A DNA stretch of 64,000 bases, taken from the NCBI GenBank assembly GCA_963797095.1, contig CAWCNY010000003.1, forward strand, positions 1,024,001 to 1,088,000, written 5' to 3'. The notes under the pieces were generated by a model. That model was not told where the DNA came from, did no database searches, and saw only the letters and a program-made list of their open reading frames with translations. The stretch is from an uncultured Chloroflexia bacterium. GTDB taxonomy: Bacteria > Chloroflexota > Chloroflexia > QHBQ01 > JADMIH01. How positions within the stretch are numbered: position 1 is the first letter of the stretch; the number at the start of each line of letters is the position of its first letter. Of the stretch, positions 57,406 through 64,000 are shown one piece after another. A program made the translations under genes and the position numbers.

Positions 57406-58674
57406 CTAACTTTCTCGCTCGTCCGTTGCGGGTCTGTTCACTCTCCCTTTGGTAGCGGGGCTAACCAGGTGTATATCCTGGGTTACCAGGCCTGCCAGTT
57501 GCTGGGGCAGCGATGGTCTGAATAGGCTTTTCCAGGGACCGCGCTGTGACTTACCCACCACAATCTGGGTGATATGCCGCTCGCGAGCCAGGCGAGCCAG
57601 CGTTGCGGCCACGTCGTTACCTTCGACAACCATTGCTTCGGCACCGAGGTCTTCGGCCAGCTCCAGGTTGGCATTGAGACTGGCCTCCTGTTCCGGCGTC
57701 AGCGGCTTGGAGGGTTCGCGCACAAAGGCAGCAATCAGCGGAGCTTTCAGACCGCGAGCCAGGTTCCAGCCGCGCCGGATCAGGTCTTTGCCGAACGGGT
57801 GGCAACTGACAGCTACCATAATCCGTTCGCTGGCGGCCCACGCGTCCTGGATTGCGTGCTCGGCCATATAGCGTTCGAGGGCGGTGTCCACGTTCTCTGC
57901 AGTCCGGCGCAGGGCCAGCTCGCGCAGCGCAGTCAGGTTACCCTTCCTGAAGAAGTTTTGCAGGGCCATGCGCGCCTGCGCAGGCGGGTAGATGTTACCT
58001 TCCTTCATGCGCCGGTGCATCTCGTCGACGGAGACATCCACCAGCGACACCTCGTCCGCGCGGTCAACGATCCAATCGGGTACCGTTTCTCGAACACCCA
58101 CGCCTGTTATGGTCTCGACGGTCGTATGAAGGCTTTCTATATGTTGCACGTTCATGGTGGTCCACACGTCAACGCCTGCGTGGAGCAAATCCACAACATC
58201 CTCGTAGCGCTTCCTGTGCTTTGAGCCTGGGACGTTTGTGTGAGCCAGTTCATCCACCAGAGCCACCTTGGGGCACCGAGCCATAACCGCTTCGGTGTCC
58301 AGCTCCTCTAACACCACGCCCTGGTACTCGATGCGCTTGCGCGGTACTATCTCCAGGTCGCCAATCTGGGCTGCGGTCTGGAGGCGGCCATATGTTTCGA
58401 CGAAGCCGATCACTATGTCCGTGCCCTTGGCCTTCTCCTCGCGCGCTTCGATCAGCATCTCATAAGTCTTGCCCACGCCGGGAGCGGCTCCCAGGAAAAT
58501 GCGCAGGCGGCCATCCCCAGGCGAGGTGCTGGGTGGTGCAACCTCCTCCTGCTCCTCCAGGAGGCGGGCCAGCATCGTTTCGGGAGTTGGTCGCTCCGGC
58601 TCGCGCTCGTAAAATGAATCGCTCATGTGGTTGGTGCTCAGTCCAGGTGGTTGGTAGCTCTTCGCTGCCACCAA
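57406..58674 (-). CDS. kdpD: KdpD N-terminal sensor domain + USP domain (soluble half)
   Basis: 'GRLRIFLGAAPGVGKTYEML', 'VDELAHTN', 'NVQHIESL', 'NLTALRELALR', USP 'ITQIVVG'; the start may be ATG 58626. Confidence 0.92.
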   Translation of the reverse strand: MVAAKSYQPPGLSTNHMSDSFYEREPERPTPETMLARLLEEQEEVAPPSTSPGDGRLRIFLGAAPGVGKTYEMLIEAREEKAKGTDIVIGFVETYGRLQTAAQIGDLEIVPRKRIEYQGVVLEELDTEAVMARCPKVALVDELAHTNVPGSKHRKRYEDVVDLLHAGVDVWTTMNVQHIESLHTTVETITGVGVRETVPDWIVDRADEVSLVDVSVDEMHRRMKEGNIYPPAQARMALQNFFRKGNLTALRELALRRTAENVDTALERYMAEHAIQDAWAASERIMVAVSCHPFGKDLIRRGWNLARGLKAPLIAAFVREPSKPLTPEQEASLNANLELAEDLGAEAMVVEGNDVAATLARLARERHITQIVVGKSQRGPWKSLFRPSLPQQLAGLVTQDIHLVSPATKGRVNRPATDERES

Positions 58675-58702
58675 CCATTATCCATTAGCCAGTGGCGGCT
58701 CG

Positions 58703-59320
58703 CTAGTGGCTGCGAGCCGCCCTAATCGCCTCGAAAGCGGCTATTATCATGGAGGCAGCTTCCTCCAGAGTCACCCTGCTCGTGTTTACCACCATGTCGT
58801 AGATCGCCGGATCATCCGGCATTACATTGTATAGATAGCGGTAGTAAGCTTCGCGGGCATAGTCCATCTCGGTAATACGACGTCGCACGTCCGCTTCGCT
58901 GATCTTCTCGCGCGCCATCACACGCTTCACCCGGATTGTGAAGTCGGCCACCAGGCGCAGGTTGAACACGTTCCTGTGCGAAAGCAGCGCCAAGTTGGCA
59001 CCTCGCCCTACGATTATGACATTACCCTGGCGTGCAAGCTCGTCGAGCGTCTCGTCTACCGCCGTGATGTACTTCTCAGATTGCTCCCTGTAGACGCGCA
59101 GGTCCTGGAAACTGGGGCGCTGCTCGTACACCCTCTCGATCTTGGCGATGTCCAGGCCGCTACGCCCCGCCGCCATCGAGAGTAGATCTTCCTCTATCAC
59201 TCGGAAGCCAAGCCGGTTGGACACCATCCGGGCAATTTCATTTGTGCCCGCCCCGTACTGGCGCGAGATCGTGATAACGTTGACATCAACCCGACCGGCG
59301 TTCGTATTGGCTGTGCCCAT
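58703..59320 (-). CDS. Cytidylate kinase-like family protein
   Basis: 'VITISRQYGAG', 'IIVGRGA', 'D..R..YYRYLY', 'YDMVVNT'. Confidence 0.85.
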   Translation of the reverse strand: MGTANTNAGRVDVNVITISRQYGAGTNEIARMVSNRLGFRVIEEDLLSMAAGRSGLDIAKIERVYEQRPSFQDLRVYREQSEKYITAVDETLDELARQGNVIIVGRGANLALLSHRNVFNLRLVADFTIRVKRVMAREKISEADVRRRITEMDYAREAYYRYLYNVMPDDPAIYDMVVNTSRVTLEEAASMIIAAFEAIRAARSH

Positions 59321-59325
59321 CTCTA

Positions 59326-60075
59326 TTACCTCCCTCCCTGAAGCGCGTCCAGCGCCAGGTTCAACTTCAACACGTTCACACGAGGCTCGCCCAAGAAGCC
59401 CAGGTCGCGCCCTTCCGCATTCTGGTCTACTATCTTTTGCACGTCGGCCTCGCTCATGCCCCTGGCTTCCGCCACACGAGGCACCTGAAGCCTGGCGGCG
59501 GCGGGCGTAATGTGGGGGTCGAGGCCGCTTGCCGAGGCGGTCCCCAGATCGACCGGCACCGGCGCGCCGGGAGGCAACCCTTCCATGCTTCGTACGTAGT
59601 CGGCGGCTGCAACTGTGTTCGTCAGCACCAGCTTGGCGCTCGTGGAACCGAGGTTCGAGCCTCCTGAAACGCCCGGGTCGGTGTCACCCCCGGCTTCGCC
59701 TCTCGCCCATGAGAAGCCGTTCCCGGAAAACGTCCCACCTGCCGAGGGCCTTCCGTAGAAGTACTTGGTATCTGTGAACACCTGCCCCAGCAGCAGTGAG
59801 CCTATCGGCTGCCCTTTGCTGTCGTAGGCGATACTTCCGTTTGCCTGTGAAGGGAATGTCACCTGCGCTATCCCTGTCACCACCAGCGGATACATAATGC
59901 CTGTGATAAGCGTCATCATCAACACCATTCCCAATCCAACCAGCAACTGCCTTCCAATGTTCAGCCCGTCCTCGACGGCCTCATCGGGTGGGTTGAGACG
60001 CGTAGTCTCTGTGTGAGGCGGCTCTGTTATGGCGCGCCCATCTCCTGTAACGCGGGTTTTAAATTCGCTGATCAT
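59326..60075 (-). CDS. kdpC: K+-transporting ATPase subunit C
   Basis: 'YPLVVTGIAQ', 'QANGS', 'YFYGRPSA', 'SGGSNL', 'SASGLDPHI', 'VNVLKLNLALD'. Confidence 0.95.
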   Translation of the reverse strand: MISEFKTRVTGDGRAITEPPHTETTRLNPPDEAVEDGLNIGRQLLVGLGMVLMMTLITGIMYPLVVTGIAQVTFPSQANGSIAYDSKGQPIGSLLLGQVFTDTKYFYGRPSAGGTFSGNGFSWARGEAGGDTDPGVSGGSNLGSTSAKLVLTNTVAAADYVRSMEGLPPGAPVPVDLGTASASGLDPHITPAAARLQVPRVAEARGMSEADVQKIVDQNAEGRDLGFLGEPRVNVLKLNLALDALQGGR

Positions 60076-60100
60076 TCTTTCTTGCTCCTCGCTGCTAATC

Positions 60101-60186
60101 CCAGGTTCCAAGTTCAATGTTCAAACGAAAAACTCGGGACCTGGAACCTGGAACCTGGAACCTGGAACCTGGAACCTGGAACTCGC
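60101..60186. repeat. Inverted heptamer array between kdpB and kdpC
   Basis: AGGTTCC/AAGTTCA units facing (GGAACCT)x5-6. Confidence 0.88.
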
Positions 60187-60187
60187 A

Positions 60188-62302
60188 TCATGTCCCCAGT
60201 CCGAACAGGTTCACGATTACATCTATGATTTTGATCCCTATGAAGGGGGCGATTATCCCGCCAATGCCGTAGATCAAGATGTTACGTCGGAGAATATCGG
60301 CGGCGGGCATAGCCCTGTATGGCACACCGCGCAGCGCCAGTGGTATCAGTAACACGATGATCAGGGCGTTGAAGATGATGGCGCTCAAGATGGCTGTGCC
60401 GGGGTTGAGGAACATGATATTGAGCGCGTTCAGTTCCGGATACGTCACGGAGAAGGCCGCCGGGATGATGGCGAAATACTTCGCCACGTCGTTGGCTATC
60501 GAGAAAGTTGTCAGCGAGCCACGGGTCATCAGCAGCTGCTTGCCTATCTGCACTATGTCCAGCAGCTTGGTGGGGTCCGAGTCGAGGTCGACCATGTTGC
60601 CCGCCTCTTTGGCCGCCGATGTGCCACTGTTCATGGCCACCGCCACGTCGGCCTGCGCCAGGGCAGGGGCGTCGTTTGTGCCGTCGCCCGTCATCGCCAC
60701 CAGGCGGCCCTCGGTCTGCTGTTCCTTGATGATACGAATTTTGTCCTCCGGTTTGGCCTGCGCCACGAAGTCGTCAACTCCTGCCTCTCGCGCTATGGTG
60801 GCTGCCGTTAGCTGGTTATCGCCTGTGATCATGATGGTGCGTATGCCAATCCGGCGCAGGTCCTCGAACCGCTCGCGTATGCCCGGTTTGACGGTATCTT
60901 TCAGATAGACAACCCCAAGCACATCGCCGTTGTTGGCGACTGCCAGTGGTGTTCCGCCTTCGCCTCCCACAAAGTCAGCTATATCCTGTAGATCGGGAGG
61001 CACGCTTTTGACCTGGCGAGAGACCGAGTCGACAGCGCCCTTGATTATGCGTGTGCCCTCACGTCCTTCGTCCTGGAGGCTGCTGCCGCTTATGCGAGTC
61101 TCCGCGGTGAAAGGAATTAACTCGACCGTCGGGCCGAGCCATTCCGGCGGGGGCGTGTAGCCCATTCGCTCGGCCAGTGCCACGATCGACTTACCTTCGG
61201 GCGTGTCGTCGGCCACCGAGGCCAGCAGCGCGGCCTGCGCTAGCTCGTCACGGGTGCGGCCTTCCACAGGGATGAACTCCGAAGCCATGCGGTTGCCAAA
61301 GGTGATGGTGCCGGTCTTGTCCAGCAGCAGCACATCTACATCACCCGCCGCTTCCACCGCCCGCCCACTCATCGCCAGCACGTTCTGCTGCACGAGCCTG
61401 TCCATGCCCGCAATGCCGATGGCAGATAAGAGAGCGCCGATGGTCGTCGGGATAAGTGTGACCAGCAGCGCCACCAGAGTAATCACGGAGATATAAGAGT
61501 TGGAGTATGCGGCGAACGGGCCGAGTGTGACCACAACGATCAGGAATATGACCGTGAGGCCCACCAGCAAGATATTGAGCGCGATCTCGTTGGGTGTCTT
61601 CTGGCGGGCCGCACCCTCCACCAGGGCGATCATACGGTCGAGAAAGGTCTGGCCGGGGTCTGCGGTGATCCTGATCACGAGGGAGTCCGAGATAATCGTG
61701 GTTCCACCCGTAACGCTCGATGAGATGTCGGTGCCCGGCTCTTTTATCACGGGGGCGGACTCGCCTGTGATAGCGGCCTCGTTGACGTAGGCCACACCTT
61801 GCAGCACCTCGCCATCGGAAGGAATGAGGTCGCCCGCTTCTACGAGCACCAGGTCGCCCTTGCGTAGCTCTGAGGCCGGTATGATGGTAAAGGTGCGGGT
61901 CTCCTTGTTGGCCAGCTTCTTGGCCTGCGCGCCCACTTTGGTCTTGCGGAGGGTGTCGGCCTGGGCTTTCCCCCGCCCTTCGGCCAGTGCCTCGGCGAAG
62001 TTGGCGAAGATTACCGTCACCCACAGCCATAGGATTATCAGGGCGTTTACGATAACCGTTCTCAGGCCCGCACCGTCAACTATAAGCTTTACCAGTATCA
62101 GCGTGGTTAGCAAGCTCCCTACTTCCACCACAAACATTACAGGGTTGTATACGAGGTGGCGGGGATCGAGCTTCTTTATGCTGTCCCGCAGAGCCGGTCC
62201 CATAAGCTCGCGGGTGAAGAGCCGCTGCGGTCCCTTGCTCCTCTTCTCCGGTGTCGGAGCCTGTACCCTTTCCTGTTCCATTGTCCTTGCGTTAGTTGCC
62301 AT
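60188..62302 (-). CDS. kdpB: K+-transporting ATPase subunit B
   Basis: 'NPVMF', 'TGES', 'IPTTIG', 'DKTGT', 'GDGTND'. Confidence 0.97.
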   Translation of the reverse strand: MATNARTMEQERVQAPTPEKRSKGPQRLFTRELMGPALRDSIKKLDPRHLVYNPVMFVVEVGSLLTTLILVKLIVDGAGLRTVIVNALIILWLWVTVIFANFAEALAEGRGKAQADTLRKTKVGAQAKKLANKETRTFTIIPASELRKGDLVLVEAGDLIPSDGEVLQGVAYVNEAAITGESAPVIKEPGTDISSSVTGGTTIISDSLVIRITADPGQTFLDRMIALVEGAARQKTPNEIALNILLVGLTVIFLIVVVTLGPFAAYSNSYISVITLVALLVTLIPTTIGALLSAIGIAGMDRLVQQNVLAMSGRAVEAAGDVDVLLLDKTGTITFGNRMASEFIPVEGRTRDELAQAALLASVADDTPEGKSIVALAERMGYTPPPEWLGPTVELIPFTAETRISGSSLQDEGREGTRIIKGAVDSVSRQVKSVPPDLQDIADFVGGEGGTPLAVANNGDVLGVVYLKDTVKPGIRERFEDLRRIGIRTIMITGDNQLTAATIAREAGVDDFVAQAKPEDKIRIIKEQQTEGRLVAMTGDGTNDAPALAQADVAVAMNSGTSAAKEAGNMVDLDSDPTKLLDIVQIGKQLLMTRGSLTTFSIANDVAKYFAIIPAAFSVTYPELNALNIMFLNPGTAILSAIIFNALIIVLLIPLALRGVPYRAMPAADILRRNILIYGIGGIIAPFIGIKIIDVIVNLFGLGT

Positions 62303-62441
62303 CTATCTTCTCTCCATCATGCATGATCCATGTCAACGACCCATGGTCAACGACCCATGCGCAGCGCACAATTTGCCGCTATCGTCCGCCGTCCATCCTT
62401 CGCGAGCTCAGGACCCGTCGTCAGCGAACGGCCGTCACCAC

Positions 62442-64000
62442 TTAATACGTCCTGCCAGCCAGCATCTGCAGGTGCTCCACGATTGGGCCGAGGGAGTATA
62501 CAGGGAAGTATGTCAAAGCACCGACAATGATGATCACTCCTATCAGCAGCCCGATGAAGAGCGCACCGGTTGTGGGGAACGTACCTGCGGTAACAGCAGA
62601 ACGCTTCTTCGATGCCAGCGACCCTGCCAGGGCCATCATCGGCACGATAAACCCGAACCTTCCCACGATCATCGCCAAACCTATCGTCAGGTTGTAGAAG
62701 GGAGTATTGGCGTTGAGGCCCGCGAAGGCCGAGCCGTTGTTGCCTGTGCCGGATGTGTAGCCATACAGTATCTCGGACAGTCCGTGCGGCCCCAGGTTAT
62801 TGCGCGAGTCGAGCGCGCCTGGCCACATCGTCGCCAGGGCGGTGAAGCCCAGGATGGAGAGGGGCAACACGAGGATGCACAGCGTGACCATCTTCATGTC
62901 GTATGCCTGTATCTTCTTGCCCAGGTATTCGGGCGTGCGCCCCACCATCAGCCCGGCGATGAAAACCGCCAGCACCGCGAAGATCAACATCCCATAGAAG
63001 CCCGATCCCACCCCGCCGAAGATAATCTCTCCCAGGGCTATATTGGCGAGGGGCACAAGACCACCAATAGGCGTGAAGCTATCGTGCATGGCGATCACCG
63101 CGCCATTGGAGGCGTCCGTAGTTATCGTGGCATACTGGGCGCTCGTGTAGATGCCGAAGCGCACCTCCTTGCCCTCCATGTTGCCCCCTGCCTGCAGCGC
63201 GCTCACCGATTGGTCGAGGCCAGCGTGCTGGGTGAGCAGCGGGTTGCCGGCTTGCTCGGCCCAGGCTGAAATGATGACGCCCAAGAGAAAGACAATGGTC
63301 ATAGCAAACCACAGTGCCCACCCCTGCTTCTGGTTGCCCACCATGCGTCCGAACATGTAGGTTAGAGCAGAGCCAATCGAGAAGATGGCGAGTATCTGAA
63401 GGAAGTTGGTGAGGCCGTTGGGGTTCTCGAATGGGTGGGCGCTGTTAGCGTTCAGGATGCCACCGCCGTTCGTGCCCAACTCCTTGATCGCCTCCTGAGA
63501 GGCGACCGGCGCGCCCACGATGGTTTGCACCCCTCCCTGCAATGTATGCACGGACGTATATGCGTTGAAGTTCTGGATCACTCCCTGGGACACGTACACA
63601 AGAGCAAGCACGATAGATATGGGGAGCAGGACATACAATATGCAGCGGGTCATATCGACCCAGAAGTTGCCCAGGGCTTTAGTCTCTTTGCGGGCAAAGC
63701 CACGCACCAGCACCACCGCCAGCACAATGCCGACAGCAGCCGATGTGAAGTTGTGCACCGCCAGACCAGCCATGTTAGTCAGGTAGGCCATCGTAGTTTC
63801 AGGCACATAGCCCTGCCAGTTAGTGTTCGTTGTAAACGAGGCCGCCGTGTTGAAGGAAGAGTCAGCGCTCACGGGCCCCAGCCCTTGCGGGTTTAGAGGG
63901 AGCCACTGTTGCACGCGCTGCTGCACGTAGGTCAGCAGGAGGCCAAGCACCGAGAAGCCAAGCATGGCCGAAGTGTAGGCCAGCCAGCTCTGCTCACGCT
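62442..64000 (-). CDS. kdpA: K+-transporting ATPase subunit A (5' end outside the window)
   Basis: Filter motifs 'TNTNWQ', 'LGTNGGG', 'SNGAV', 'NNGSAF'. Confidence 0.97.
   Translation of the reverse strand, partial: REQSWLAYTSAMLGFSVLGLLLTYVQQRVQQWLPLNPQGLGPVSADSSFNTAASFTTNTNWQGYVPETTMAYLTNMAGLAVHNFTSAAVGIVLAVVLVRGFARKETKALGNFWVDMTRCILYVLLPISIVLALVYVSQGVIQNFNAYTSVHTLQGGVQTIVGAPVASQEAIKELGTNGGGILNANSAHPFENPNGLTNFLQILAIFSIGSALTYMFGRMVGNQKQGWALWFAMTIVFLLGVIISAWAEQAGNPLLTQHAGLDQSVSALQAGGNMEGKEVRFGIYTSAQYATITTDASNGAVIAMHDSFTPIGGLVPLANIALGEIIFGGVGSGFYGMLIFAVLAVFIAGLMVGRTPEYLGKKIQAYDMKMVTLCILVLPLSILGFTALATMWPGALDSRNNLGPHGLSEILYGYTSGTGNNGSAFAGLNANTPFYNLTIGLAMIVGRFGFIVPMMALAGSLASKKRSAVTAGTFPTTGALFIGLLIGVIIIVGALTYFPVYSLGPIVEHLQMLAGRTY

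Noticed and set aside
61824-63269. Long plus-strand ORFs opposite kdpA/kdpB, and similar antisense ORFs throughout
   Set aside because: GC-rich shadow ORFs overlapping well-supported genes
1-64000. tRNA or rRNA genes
   Set aside because: No cloverleaf or rRNA-like segments were recognised by eye in the intergenic regions; tRNAscan-SE and barrnap would be needed to exclude them

Overview
GC-rich bacterial chromosomal window. It is most likely Chloroflexota (Chloroflexia-like), inferred from Cys-containing SLH repeats, Pro/Thr-linker secreted proteins and pervasive heptamer repeats. Contents in order: TetR; mntH with a sigma70 promoter and two DtxR/MntR-type boxes; a selenocysteine formate dehydrogenase operon (fdhD, fdhA with in-frame UGA plus SECIS, 4Fe-4S beta subunit, NrfD) split by unrelated cargo genes (two PIN toxin-antitoxin pairs, lipoprotein, SnoaL, HIT, methyltransferase, nitrilase); a 627-bp transposase-less element with 19-bp terminal inverted repeats and an 8-bp target duplication carrying a SnoaL gene; a PrsW-like/PsbP-like/serine-protease cluster; an XRE-STAND-TPR regulator; a CHASE3 kinase/receiver/hybrid kinase cascade; a complete IS200/IS605 element (tnpA+tnpB); an ABC transporter; TMEM175; an SLH protein preceded by a candidate attenuator or sRNA; a glycosyltransferase/O-antigen-ligase cluster; a DUF72 pseudogene; psuG-pfkB-ftcD-bcp; an integrase remnant; and a kdpABC operon with split KdpD, a cytidylate-kinase-like gene and a lone receiver. 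The most unusual signals are heptamer-repeat hairpin elements both between genes and in-frame inside conserved enzymes, several repeat-bounded single-gene cassettes, and the candidate RNA switch. Several single-base frameshifts may be sequencing errors. All calls come from reading motifs by eye; no database searches were run.
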